Positions 9,741-18,368 of a stretch of 31,869 nt of DNA are shown here, piece by piece. The notes below the pieces were generated by a model that saw only the letters and a program-made list of their open reading frames with translations, was not told the DNA's origin and searched no databases. Within the stretch, counting starts at the first letter, position 1. Every line of letters begins with the position of its first letter. The position numbers and the translations under genes were made by a program. Source of the DNA: a virus (lineage: Duplodnaviria; Caudoviricetes); IMG/VR virus record IMGVR_UViG_3300038427_000216, positions 1 through 31,869 of that record; one strand, given 5' to 3'.

Positions 9741-10628
9741 TTACGTCTCGCGCCGGGCCGCGCCCGACGCATATTTGCCTGACATCATCGCTTCGGTGGC
9801 GCGCTGCACCGCCTCGGCCATGTTCCGTGTCCGGTCGTTGCTGGTGTTCTTGTTGGCTGAGGCGGCGAAGATCGGGCTAGGCGCGGCCGGCACTCCGAAG
9901 GGCGCCGCCGCCCGCTTGCTCGCATCCTGCTCGAATTTGGTGCGCGCCCGTGCTTCGCCTTCGAGCCGGTAGCGTTCGGCCACGATCTCTTCTTCCTTCT
10001 GGGTGGCGCCGAACAGGTTATCCCAAACCTGGGTCGGCTTCTGGCGCAATTCCTTGGCCTTGCTCCAGACGGCTTTCATGTCCAGCGGCTTGTCGGGGAA
10101 CAACTGCGCGTGCCTCACGGCAATGTCCTGAAACTCCAACTGCAGTTCCGGCAGCGCCTGGAACAATCCTTCCAGGTCGTCCATCCGCTTACCCAGAGCG
10201 GGATCAACGGCGGGCGGCTGCTGCACGGGTTCCGGCTTTCTGGTGGGCGCTGGACCGGGGGTATGATCCCCGAAAATCTCCTTGGTCAGCGGCACGCCAT
10301 AGGTCGCTTCGGCGGTCTTGGCCCGCGCCAGCGCCTCGGCCAGCACCATGTCGGCGGCTTCGCGCTGCTTCTGGGCCTCCAAAAACTGCTCCGTCATGCG
10401 CGTCCGCTCGGTTTCCAGGCCGGCGGCCTGTTCGGCGACACGCTGTTTTTCTGCGGCCAGCTCGGCTTTGCCGAGGTTCATCTTGCGATCAAACTCGTTC
10501 TGGCGCAAACCATGCTCCAGCGAGTGCTGCAAGGCCGTGGCTATCTTTTCGTCCTTGATGATCTCTTCCGCCTTGGCCGGATCGACCCCGGCGGCTGTGA
10601 GTTCCTTAACGACGGTTTCGAATGGCAT
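9741..10628 (-). CDS. Capsid scaffolding protein
   Basis: 295 aa, coiled-coil, E/K/A-rich with Pro linkers, directly upstream of the major capsid gene. Confidence 0.72.
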   Translation of the reverse strand: MPFETVVKELTAAGVDPAKAEEIIKDEKIATALQHSLEHGLRQNEFDRKMNLGKAELAAEKQRVAEQAAGLETERTRMTEQFLEAQKQREAADMVLAEALARAKTAEATYGVPLTKEIFGDHTPGPAPTRKPEPVQQPPAVDPALGKRMDDLEGLFQALPELQLEFQDIAVRHAQLFPDKPLDMKAVWSKAKELRQKPTQVWDNLFGATQKEEEIVAERYRLEGEARARTKFEQDASKRAAAPFGVPAAPSPIFAASANKNTSNDRTRNMAEAVQRATEAMMSGKYASGAARRET

Positions 10629-10690
10629 CTTTCAACTCCTTCCCTTGCGGGCTGCGGATACTACGGACTGCGCCAGCGCCTCGTGGGAAA

Positions 10691-11014
10691 TCATCCCATT
10701 GCTCCGGTGGAGGGCTGGCTTTCCGACATGGAAGAACCAACGATTTCGACCAGCAGTTTGGTCAGGTTCCGTTTCAACTCCAGCACCGATTTCGATGCCG
10801 CCGGAAACTGTCTCGAAATCCCGTCAAGAGCGGTGCCTAGACCCTGGATCTGTACGCTGACAGCCTGGATCTGCTGGCGCCGCATCTGCTCCGCGTTGAG
10901 TTGCGCGGTGCTGGCCTCGTTCACGCCCAGCGCGGACTTGTAGTCCTGCAGGCCGGAACCGGACGGCGCTGCCTGGGGCTGCGGGGAGGCGAAGGGAGTT
11001 TGTGGGCTGGTCAT
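10691..11014 (-). CDS. Small helical head-region protein
   Basis: 107 aa ORF between portal and scaffold. Confidence 0.7.
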   Translation of the reverse strand: MTSPQTPFASPQPQAAPSGSGLQDYKSALGVNEASTAQLNAEQMRRQQIQAVSVQIQGLGTALDGISRQFPAASKSVLELKRNLTKLLVEIVGSSMSESQPSTGAMG

Positions 11015-11031
11015 AGAGTTGACACCAGCGG

Positions 11032-11109
11032 CTAACGCTTCGAGCCTCTCTTGCGGAGGGCTTTCTTCGCCGACTTCATCGGCGTGTTGAGTTTGGTCGC
11101 TTTGCTCAT
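11032..11109 (-). CDS. 25-aa basic peptide MSKATKLNTPMKSAKKALRKRGSKR
   Basis: Hand translation, below the ORF-track cutoff; co-oriented; weak SD (GTGGTG). Confidence 0.55.
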   Translation of the reverse strand: MSKATKLNTPMKSAKKALRKRGSKR

Positions 11110-11232
11110 GTTTCGCACCACTGCGTTCGATTGGGGCGACTGCGCGCGGACGCCGCCGCCCCGCGTTTACCCTTGCTTCGGTAGGGGACCGAACCTGTTA
11201 CGGTTCGCTCGTTCTACGCGGAGCAGGTTGGC

Positions 11233-11295
11233 CTACTTCTTGCCGCGCTTGTGGCCACGCTTCCGGCGATCACAAATAGTGTTCAGAGGGATCAT
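11233..11295 (-). CDS. 20-aa basic peptide MIPLNTICDRRKRGHKRGKK
   Basis: Hand translation; strong SD GGAAAGGAG upstream of ATG 11295. Confidence 0.65.
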   Translation of the reverse strand: MIPLNTICDRRKRGHKRGKK

Positions 11296-11322
11296 CGAGG
11301 CAGCTCCTTTCCGGCAGCGGGC

Positions 11323-11361
11323 AAACAAAAACGGCGCCCCCGGCTTTCACCGGAAGCGCCG
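11323..11361 (-). terminator. Intrinsic terminator/attenuator in the head-operon leader
   Basis: CGGCGCTTCCGG-TGAAAG-CCGGGGGCGCCG stem (two G-U pairs) followed by TTTTTGTTT. Confidence 0.8.
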
Positions 11362-11399
11362 CTGTTTTCACAAACCCGTTGCGCTAATCCTTCAAACCT

Positions 11400-11429
11400 A
11401 GACTATGCCTGTATGTTTTGTTCTGTCAA
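11400..11429 (-). promoter_or_regulatory. Sigma70-type promoter upstream of the capsid operon
   Basis: TTGACA (11429-11424), 18-nt spacer, TAGTCT (11405-11400). Confidence 0.6.
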
Positions 11430-11612
11430 CCCCTTTCGGCGGTCTCCACGCGGCGCCGGGGCTGGAAAGGGCTTCGGGCGCACCTCCCAGACGATCCGCC
11501 CGGCGGGCGTTCCCTGGCTGAAATTGATCTCCAGTTTGCCGGTCAACTTGCGTTGCGCGATAGTCTGGATCGTCTCGCGCAGTTCGTGGGCTGAAAACAG
11601 CAGGCGAATCAT
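11403..11612 (-). CDS. Small protein after the portal gene (LTGKLEINFSQG; DUF2292-like pattern)
   Basis: ATG 11612 lies one base after the portal stop; 69 aa. Confidence 0.65.
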   Translation of the reverse strand: MIRLLFSAHELRETIQTIAQRKLTGKLEINFSQGTPAGRIVWEVRPKPFPAPAPRGDRRKGLTEQNIQA

Positions 11613-11613
11613 G

Positions 11614-13665
11614 TTAACTCGTCTTAACGGTAGATCTTGTCCCTTGATCTTTTTGCGCAATCGAGGGCGGTTTGCGATTTACATTGGGCCGCCCCGGCCC
11701 GCCGCCATCGCCCTGCTGTCCCACGCTGAGGTCTTCCTGCAAGGCGTGCATCCATTCCTGCTCGACCTCCCACTTCTCTGGCTCGGTGACTGGAGGTTTG
11801 CCATTACGCATCGCGGGCAGTTCGCCCATATTGAGGCCCAAGCCCTTGCCAATGGTATGAGCCGAAACCGTAACGCCCGCCTTCTTAGCCTGCATCAGAA
11901 TCAGGTTGCGTCCGATTCTCGACACCTGCGCCTGGCTGTACGGCTCAATCACATATGAAAGCTGTTTGATTGTCCAGCGCACCCGTTCCCACTGGGTGTA
12001 GATCGACGAGCCAGCGCGCGGATCTTCGCCCGGCAGATGCGAGGGGATGAGTTCGCCGGGACGAAAATCGATCATCTCCTGGACCGCGCCATCTTCGCCC
12101 AGCAGGTGGAACACCTTCTGCGAATCCCAGAATTGCAGCGCCAGCGGGTAGAACAGAGCGTCCAGTTCCTGCGTGGCGACCTCGCCGCCGCGGGCGATGT
12201 CCTGCACTACCGGGCCGGCCTGTTCCAGGATCTTTTCGATGGAATCGGCGCTGGGCACCTGCTTAGCCTTGGCCACCGCCATCAGATCCTTAACCACGCT
12301 CAGGTTGTCCAGATTCTCAAACAGCAGCGAGACGACCTGCAGAATCCACTGCGGGACGTCCCAATGCTGCACCGGCAGCAACGGCTCGATAGGGTTGCCC
12401 ATGCCACTGCTGACTTCGACCGTCTGCCCTGGCTTGCGGGTGTTGATGCGCGCCATCGCCGTTTTGTCGATCAGGTTGGGGTCGTGCTTCAGCGGCGGCT
12501 GCAGGCGCACCAGCACGCTATCCACCACCGCCCGCAGAATCTGGTTGATGGCTTTCTGAATCCGCCAAGTATCCTGAACGATAGAGTGGCCCAGGTACTC
12601 CCAGGCGTAATCGTCGAAGCGCATCGGCACTAGCGGCACACGACCGTGCAGGAACGGGCTGGTGCCGTCCTTGAGGATGCAGGTATCGGTCCAGATCACC
12701 CGGCGCCGCAGCGGGAACAGGCGCGCATCGTCCTCGTCGGCGGGCTTCATAATCATCTTGCCCTGCAGGTCGCGCACGCCGGCCGGGATCATCTGCCCCA
12801 CGAACGGCACTTCGTACTGCCAACTGGTCCCTGGATCGCCCATCGGGATGCGCCGCCCGGTGTTGTTTACGGAAGTGTCCATGATGTAGGTGGTGTAAAC
12901 GTCCACCACCGGCATCTGGCGTCCGAAGGAGCGTTGTGGGGTGTCGAGGTTTCCCAGCACTCCATTGGGGTTGCCTACCGCGCGCTTCATGCGATCCCAA
13001 GCGCGGCCGATCCAACCCGGTACGCTACGTGAAGGCTCAATCTTATGCTGCAATGCGGGATAGGCCGCGAGCACCAGGTGCAGCGGCACCTCTTCGCAGA
13101 CTGTGACGGCATACGCTTTCTGCAAATCGAAGTCCTCGGTCAGCATGACCGGAAGAACATCGGACGGGCCATGCACCTTGCAGGCGATTTCGCCGTCGCC
13201 GAACCCGTAGAAATTGTTGTCCCACCACAGTTCCAGATAGGCCGTGCCGAGACCACAGGCGTACTGGCAGCCTTGACGGTACTTGCGATCCTGCTTGGTG
13301 ACGATCCACCACAGGTTTTTCATCTTGTTGAGCCGGTCCACACTGACTGCGGCCTCTTTCTTCTTCGTCACCGCCTGGCCGGCTGGCTTGAGGTTCGACA
13401 CCGTGGCCACCAAATCGCGGAAATTGCGCTTGATGCGGTTGACGTGTACCGTGGAATAGCCGGTCAGTTTCTGCGGCATGTTGTCGCCCGACAGAATCTC
13501 GTAGGCGCGCGGCAACTCCGCCCAGGCGGGCTGTGATTCGATGAACGCGCGGCCCATGTCGCGCAGTTCCTTCATTCGCCCCAGTGTCAGTTCCTGGATG
13601 CCGTCTTTGTTGGCCAGCGTATCGAGGTACGACGGCGCTTCGTAAAGATCGCGGTCAAAAGGCAT
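11614..13665 (-). CDS. Portal protein
   Basis: 683 aa after the terminase; HVNRIKR, HGRVPLVPM, GHSIVQD..RIQKAINQ motifs typical of P22/podovirus-like portals. Confidence 0.85.
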   Translation of the reverse strand: MPFDRDLYEAPSYLDTLANKDGIQELTLGRMKELRDMGRAFIESQPAWAELPRAYEILSGDNMPQKLTGYSTVHVNRIKRNFRDLVATVSNLKPAGQAVTKKKEAAVSVDRLNKMKNLWWIVTKQDRKYRQGCQYACGLGTAYLELWWDNNFYGFGDGEIACKVHGPSDVLPVMLTEDFDLQKAYAVTVCEEVPLHLVLAAYPALQHKIEPSRSVPGWIGRAWDRMKRAVGNPNGVLGNLDTPQRSFGRQMPVVDVYTTYIMDTSVNNTGRRIPMGDPGTSWQYEVPFVGQMIPAGVRDLQGKMIMKPADEDDARLFPLRRRVIWTDTCILKDGTSPFLHGRVPLVPMRFDDYAWEYLGHSIVQDTWRIQKAINQILRAVVDSVLVRLQPPLKHDPNLIDKTAMARINTRKPGQTVEVSSGMGNPIEPLLPVQHWDVPQWILQVVSLLFENLDNLSVVKDLMAVAKAKQVPSADSIEKILEQAGPVVQDIARGGEVATQELDALFYPLALQFWDSQKVFHLLGEDGAVQEMIDFRPGELIPSHLPGEDPRAGSSIYTQWERVRWTIKQLSYVIEPYSQAQVSRIGRNLILMQAKKAGVTVSAHTIGKGLGLNMGELPAMRNGKPPVTEPEKWEVEQEWMHALQEDLSVGQQGDGGGPGRPNVNRKPPSIAQKDQGTRSTVKTS

Positions 13666-14211
13666 TTACTTTCTTCCTCTCCCAAGCCCGTCAGGTCCAC
13701 GATAGGGTTCCCTGTTTGAGGCGTCGAATTCCAGCGCCTGCAGATAGAAGGCTCCGCGCCACTGGGGACGCGGTTTCTGGTTGTTTTGATCCATTGCGAA
13801 GCGGGCGAAGTCGCGTTGCGCCGGAGACATCGACTGCATCCGGTCACGCAGTGCCGAGCGACAGGCGGCTGTGTTTATCTCGCTGAGCCGGTCCTTGCCA
13901 ATCTGTACCCGCTCCCATTTCTCGCGCTCCTCGCGTTCGATTTCGCGGACGATGCGGCGTTTCTCGTGCGTCTCCTGGACTTCGATGCGCTCGTATTCGG
14001 CGGGCATCTTGGCCCCGCGCTGACCGGGGAGGGTGTACGTTCCGTCAGGCCGCTTCCAGAACTCAGTCGGTTCCGGCGCCCAGTCCTCGCCCGTGCCGAT
14101 AAACTCCAGTTGCACCTCGCAGGCGGCACAGCACAGATGCCTGTTTTTTCTGAACCAGTGCCGCCCTTCGTGCCCGCAGGCTTCGCAGACGTACAGCACG
14201 CGGTCGCTCAT
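13666..14211 (-). CDS. Zn-ribbon protein (CxxC...CxxC, FmdB-like N-terminus)
   Basis: YVCEACG...CAAC; ATGA/ATAA-type overlap with the terminase stop. Confidence 0.7.
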   Translation of the reverse strand: MSDRVLYVCEACGHEGRHWFRKNRHLCCAACEVQLEFIGTGEDWAPEPTEFWKRPDGTYTLPGQRGAKMPAEYERIEVQETHEKRRIVREIEREEREKWERVQIGKDRLSEINTAACRSALRDRMQSMSPAQRDFARFAMDQNNQKPRPQWRGAFYLQALEFDASNREPYRGPDGLGRGRK

Positions 14212-16397
14212 AACTCCGCCTCCATCTGGTCCAACGCGCCGGGGTGGGAGACGCTATACTGCGTCCCGAAAAATTCCGTTAGCCGGCTGGCGCCCGCCCG
14301 CTCCTCGCCCGGCAGGATGATCCGCGGCTCCTCGCGCGACCCCAGATTGGCGTCAATGTAGCGCAACGGGCCGTCAGATTGCCTCTTCTGGCGTAAGTAG
14401 CTGATACTCTGGGCCTTACCTGTCACTTCCAGAATGTGAAGCGACAGATAGATGATCCCCAGCGCCATGAAGCGGTCGTCCTTCTGGCCACTCTCGGCGC
14501 GCATGGCTTGCACGTCTTCGTCGCGGTGCAGGGCCTGCATCTCGCGCACAAACTCGGGGCTGTTGATGTCGATTTCTCCGTCGCGCAAAGCCTTCACCAG
14601 CAGGTCGATCAGCATGGGCCGCGACCAGCGGTTAGTGACGAAGCCGATACGCGTGGCGGTGCGTTCCGGTTTACGGCGGTCGTAGCGCCGCCAATCGTGG
14701 AAATTCGACCAGCCCCATTTCTTCAATTCAAGCTGCGTGATTTCGCCATTTAGCCCGGTTTCGATAGCGATCTTTGGCTGGCAAGTGCGCGCCCCTTGAT
14801 AGAACAGCGCAAGGCAGTGCATCATTGGCGCTAAGTCCATGGCGTTCACGTAGTTGGAAGCGAACTCGCACACCTGACCGTCGCAGCGTTCTAAGTCTCC
14901 CTTGCGTAACCCTTCGATGACGGTGTTGTCCATGCCCACGCCGTCGCCGGTATCGACTCCGAACCCGTAAGTAGCGGTCTCTTCCGGCCACTCGAAAATC
15001 AGGACCTTCCCGTCCACGCTGGAAGTCTGCCAGCCTTCCCAGCGCAGCGGCACCAACTGGTACGGGCCGATTTCGAGTATCCGGCGCGAGGTGTCGCGGT
15101 CGCGCTCGTCGGCCTGCAATCGGCCGGGCAGGATGCTTTGCGCGGCGCGGAAGCCGAACACGCCCACCGGCTCCTCGCAGGAGTGGTTGTAATCCGAAAT
15201 CGTGTCCACGTCGAACACCGACTCGCCCGAAGCCATGAAGGCTTCCAAGTCGTCGGCGGCGAACTCGTGCAGAAACTTGGCCAATTCTTTTTTGGCGCGG
15301 TGGTCCTCGCGGGTAGACTCCCAGAACCACATCTGATGCCGCGGCATCTGCCAGTTCTCGGGGTAGTGTTTGCGCAACTGGTCGTTGGCCAGAACGTATT
15401 TACGGGCGCGCTCGGCATGGGCGACCGTCACGCCCATCGGGCGCCAGTCGGGAGGGACGGGATTGCGTTTGAGCCAGGTCGGGGTGGGGTAGTAGTCCTC
15501 GCGCACGAACCACGGCAGAAACACCGTACACCAGCGCGCCCGGCCGTTGCGCTTCCAGTAATTGCGCTTACACTGCTCCCAAGTCTTGAACAGCCAGCCG
15601 AATGGGCCTTCTCCGGTGGACTCGCCGATGCCCAGCACGTCGGGCGACTCGTGGACCGCAGGCATCAGCCCGGCGTCGATCAGGTCTTCGGCATTGAGGT
15701 ACGATGCTAACTCGCTGAGGTGGAATATGTTCGGCGTGTTGCCGCGGCCGATGTCGAACTTCTGCGCGCCATGCTGAATGATGAGCCGCGAATTCTGGCG
15801 CCCGAATACGGAGCGCGTGCCGGCGCGGTTGGCGGTGCGCTCGGGCCGCAGCCACCACGGCATCAGATCGTACAGCGCGTGGTACTTCTCGACCATCTCG
15901 GCCGAGCGTTCCTTGTCCGAGGAGCCAGTGATAGCGACGATGTTGGGGTAGAAAAATGTGCGGTGCGCTACCACCATCTGCGAGTCGGTGGTGATGCCCA
16001 CCTGGCGGGCCTTGAGAAACAGCAGAATAATGGCCCAACCCAGGTCTTCCAGGATGCCACGGATGTCGTTGGCGATAAGCTGCCCCTTGTTGGGGCAATA
16101 GTGGATCATTTCCTGGCCCGAAAGGATGAACCCATACCGAGTCGCAAAGTACAGATAATCCACCATGCACAACTTGCGCTCGTTCTCGACCCAGCGCGTT
16201 TCGTCTTCGTCAAACAGCAGCTTGGGAGCGCCGGTGGCACCGGGCAGCATGCCGTAGTCGTCGAAAAATTTGTCGTACTTGTCGTTGAAGTGGGCTACCG
16301 ACTGGTCACACGCATCGACGGAGTGATAGATCGGCTCGAAGCCCAACTCTTGTTCGGCAATCTGCAAACCTAAGTCAACACTCCGCCTTGAGTACAT
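14208..16397 (-). CDS. terL: Terminase large subunit
   Basis: Walker A LKARQVGITT, Walker B IFHLSE, coupling motif EST, RNase H-like nuclease GFGVDTGDG..D and KDDRFMA. Confidence 0.93.
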   Translation of the reverse strand: MYSRRSVDLGLQIAEQELGFEPIYHSVDACDQSVAHFNDKYDKFFDDYGMLPGATGAPKLLFDEDETRWVENERKLCMVDYLYFATRYGFILSGQEMIHYCPNKGQLIANDIRGILEDLGWAIILLFLKARQVGITTDSQMVVAHRTFFYPNIVAITGSSDKERSAEMVEKYHALYDLMPWWLRPERTANRAGTRSVFGRQNSRLIIQHGAQKFDIGRGNTPNIFHLSELASYLNAEDLIDAGLMPAVHESPDVLGIGESTGEGPFGWLFKTWEQCKRNYWKRNGRARWCTVFLPWFVREDYYPTPTWLKRNPVPPDWRPMGVTVAHAERARKYVLANDQLRKHYPENWQMPRHQMWFWESTREDHRAKKELAKFLHEFAADDLEAFMASGESVFDVDTISDYNHSCEEPVGVFGFRAAQSILPGRLQADERDRDTSRRILEIGPYQLVPLRWEGWQTSSVDGKVLIFEWPEETATYGFGVDTGDGVGMDNTVIEGLRKGDLERCDGQVCEFASNYVNAMDLAPMMHCLALFYQGARTCQPKIAIETGLNGEITQLELKKWGWSNFHDWRRYDRRKPERTATRIGFVTNRWSRPMLIDLLVKALRDGEIDINSPEFVREMQALHRDEDVQAMRAESGQKDDRFMALGIIYLSLHILEVTGKAQSISYLRQKRQSDGPLRYIDANLGSREEPRIILPGEERAGASRLTEFFGTQYSVSHPGALDQMEAEL

Positions 16398-16415
16398 CCG
16401 CTTGGATTATAAACC

Positions 16416-17120
16416 CTATTCATCCTCGACCGGCGGAATCATCCGCAGCGCGGCGGCCATTTTCTTGGTCCCATCCTCGAATGACGGCAGTTCCTTGCCC
16501 ACCACTACGACCGCCTGTTCGGCCTCGACTTTGGTGTTGTTGGCCTGGGCGCTCACCGTGACCTGCTGAATAGCGCCGCCGGAGCCGGGTTGCGCTATGA
16601 CTCGCGCGGCTTCCATGAACAGCCGCCGGTCCCGATGCCCGTTCTCGATGTCCAGCGCGGCGGCGGCCAGCGAGCGCGCGACGGGAACGGAGTAATCGGC
16701 GCAGACCGCTGTCACCGCCAATTTGGCCACATCGAAGTTCCATTGATGCAGCACTTTAGCTATCGCGCCGACGCAGGCAGAGCGGTTCGTGCCGGAGCGC
16801 GCGGCCACCAGGTCCAGCGATGGCGCTTCCAGCCCCTTGACCCCATGCCGCCGCACCAGCCGGTCGAAAGTCTTGACGAACTTCTCCATGCCCTCCTCGC
16901 CGCGCAGCAACTCGACAACCCGCTGGCGCGCGGCGGCGATCCCCTCCACCCCCTCGGCGTCGCGCACCCGCACCAGCCGCGCCAGCCCGTCCAGCGTACC
17001 GTCGAACGCCGCCGGCGCCTCACTGAGCCGCTGCAGCGCCGCCGTCTGGATGTTCGGCGGGGTCAACTCCATCGGCCCGGCGATGAGTTCGTTGACCGGC
17101 TTGTTGCTTTTTCTCTTCAC
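16416..17120 (-). CDS. Probable terminase small subunit
   Basis: Directly upstream of terL, helical. Start placed at GTG 17120 (SD GGAGG at 17135-17131). Assignment is by position only. Confidence 0.55.
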   Translation of the reverse strand: MKRKSNKPVNELIAGPMELTPPNIQTAALQRLSEAPAAFDGTLDGLARLVRVRDAEGVEGIAAARQRVVELLRGEEGMEKFVKTFDRLVRRHGVKGLEAPSLDLVAARSGTNRSACVGAIAKVLHQWNFDVAKLAVTAVCADYSVPVARSLAAAALDIENGHRDRRLFMEAARVIAQPGSGGAIQQVTVSAQANNTKVEAEQAVVVVGKELPSFEDGTKKMAAALRMIPPVEDE

Positions 17121-17376
17121 GCCGAATGATCCTCCACACTGTCCCTGGATTCCACTTCGCCCCGCGGCGCAACGGGTAGCCCATCTCTTCCATGCCCTCG
17201 GCAATCGCCCGCATGGTCCAACCGCGGGACCGCAAAGTCGTGATTTCATCGACCCCCAGAAATTCGTCCGGGTGGCGCGCATCCTCCCCGTAAGGCTTCT
17301 GCCCCACGCCGCGCCGCAACGGCAGCAGGCCGCCGCAGTGCGGGCACTTCTTCGGGCGGCGCTTCTTACGGGGCAT
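17020..17376 (-). CDS. Stand-alone serine-recombinase 'Recombinase'-type DNA-binding domain with N-terminal CPHC
   Basis: PYG...ITTLRSRGWTMRAIAEGMEEMGYPLRRGAKWNPGTVWRII matches the recombinase DNA-binding HTH pattern; no catalytic domain. Confidence 0.72.
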   Translation of the reverse strand: MPRKKRRPKKCPHCGGLLPLRRGVGQKPYGEDARHPDEFLGVDEITTLRSRGWTMRAIAEGMEEMGYPLRRGAKWNPGTVWRIIRREEKKQQAGQRTHRRADGVDPAEHPDGGAAAAQ

Positions 17377-17554
17377 CGCGGCCACCCTGAATCACGCGGA
17401 ACTTGGCACGGCGTTGAGCGACTTCAACCTGGCGGACCATTTCCTTCGCAGCCTCCTCCATGCGCCGCACCCCCTCAGCAACGCGCTCCTGATAATCCGG
17501 ATCGTTGATCGCTTCCTGGATTTCCTCTTCCGACAGATCACCGTAGGTTCGCAT
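17366..17554 (-). CDS. Small hypothetical protein ending FRVIQGGR
   Basis: 62 aa, first gene of the packaging operon, preceded by a leaderless-type promoter. Confidence 0.7.
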   Translation of the reverse strand: MRTYGDLSEEEIQEAINDPDYQERVAEGVRRMEEAAKEMVRQVEVAQRRAKFRVIQGGRDAP

Positions 17555-17561
17555 CGCCTAT

Positions 17562-17590
17562 AGCCTACACCCGGTACACTTGATTTGCAA
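17562..17590 (-). promoter_or_regulatory. Sigma70-type promoter, probably leaderless, for the packaging operon
   Basis: TTGCAA, 17 nt, TAGGCT, then 7 nt to ATG 17554; no SD. Confidence 0.55.
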
Positions 17591-17601
17591 CAAGGGCTTG
17601 T

Positions 17602-17670
17602 CGGGCGCAAGGAGCGAGGAGGAAACCTACGCAGCTGTGGGCTCCAAGGAGAAGGGAGTCTTGCGCCCGT
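17602..17670 (-). ncRNA. Candidate structured leader/small RNA with several anti-SD-like CU-rich motifs
   Basis: 10-bp inverted repeat CGGGCGCAAG (17602-17611) / CTTGCGCCCG (17660-17669) starting just downstream of a consensus promoter. Confidence 0.4.
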
Positions 17671-17676
17671 GTCAGC

Positions 17677-17705
17677 AGAATACGCCGGACCCGCAGGCGT
17701 GTCAA
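17677..17705 (-). promoter_or_regulatory. Near-consensus sigma70 promoter
   Basis: TTGACA (17705-17700), 17 nt, TATTCT (17682-17677). Confidence 0.75.
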
Positions 17706-17834
17706 GCCTCTTGCAATTCAGACAGAACTGACCGAAAATGTTTGAGTGTCGTTCTCGGTTGCCGGCGGGGCGGCGGTTCTTCGAAGGCCACGCCCCACTC
17801 CAAACCGGCCGGATCGACAGCCCGGCCACTGAGT

Positions 17835-18218
17835 ATGAATTACGCCCGATTCGCCAAACTCCCCGAGGAAATCCTCCACGCAAGAGAACTAAGCCCATCC
17901 GACAGACTGGTTTACGCCGAAATGGCCTTCCAGGCGTGGTACAAAGATACCTGCTACATCAGTCAAGCCAAAATCTCCGCCCGCACAGGGGTTTCTGCCC
18001 GGCAGGTCAGGCGCAGCCAAGCCAAACTCGAAGCCGAACGATACATCACCGGCATCGACACCGGCCTCCACAAAGTCACCACCTACCGCCTCAATTCCCG
18101 CGTTTTCGCACCCCGCAAAAAGCCGAATTATGCGGACATTATGTCCTCATCCCAGCCCCAAAGATGCGGACCTGGTGTCCTCCTTTCTAGAAACAGTAAG
18201 CCAAAGACTCTCCACTAG
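17835..18218 (+). CDS. Winged helix-turn-helix protein (HTH_36-like)
   Basis: LSPSDRLVY...CYISQAKISARTGVSARQVRRSQAKLEAERYI...TTYRL; start set at ATG 17835. Confidence 0.78.
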   Translation: MNYARFAKLPEEILHARELSPSDRLVYAEMAFQAWYKDTCYISQAKISARTGVSARQVRRSQAKLEAERYITGIDTGLHKVTTYRLNSRVFAPRKKPNYADIMSSSQPQRCGPGVLLSRNSKPKTLH

Positions 18219-18368
18219 CCCGAAATCCAAACCCCAAAACTCCACAAAAAAATTCATGAAAGTCGGACCTTAAAGGCAGTGGCGGGCGGGGGGGCACCCC
18301 GTGGACAAACATCGGCGCCGCGACATCGGAGAGACTGAGCGCGTACCATTCGATACTGTATCCCGCCG

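Noticed and set aside
17120-17282. Extended N-terminus of the terS-like ORF in the ORF track
   Set aside because: It lies entirely within the recombinase-domain gene; the SD supports GTG 17120.
17020-17376. Integrase call for the recombinase-domain ORF
   Set aside because: It has no serine catalytic domain and is too short.
37-17508. Many long + strand ORFs (e.g. 1761..2906, 4035..4889, 10110..10943, 16789..17508)
   Set aside because: They are antisense shadows of high-GC minus-strand phage genes, with no SD and no recognisable motifs.
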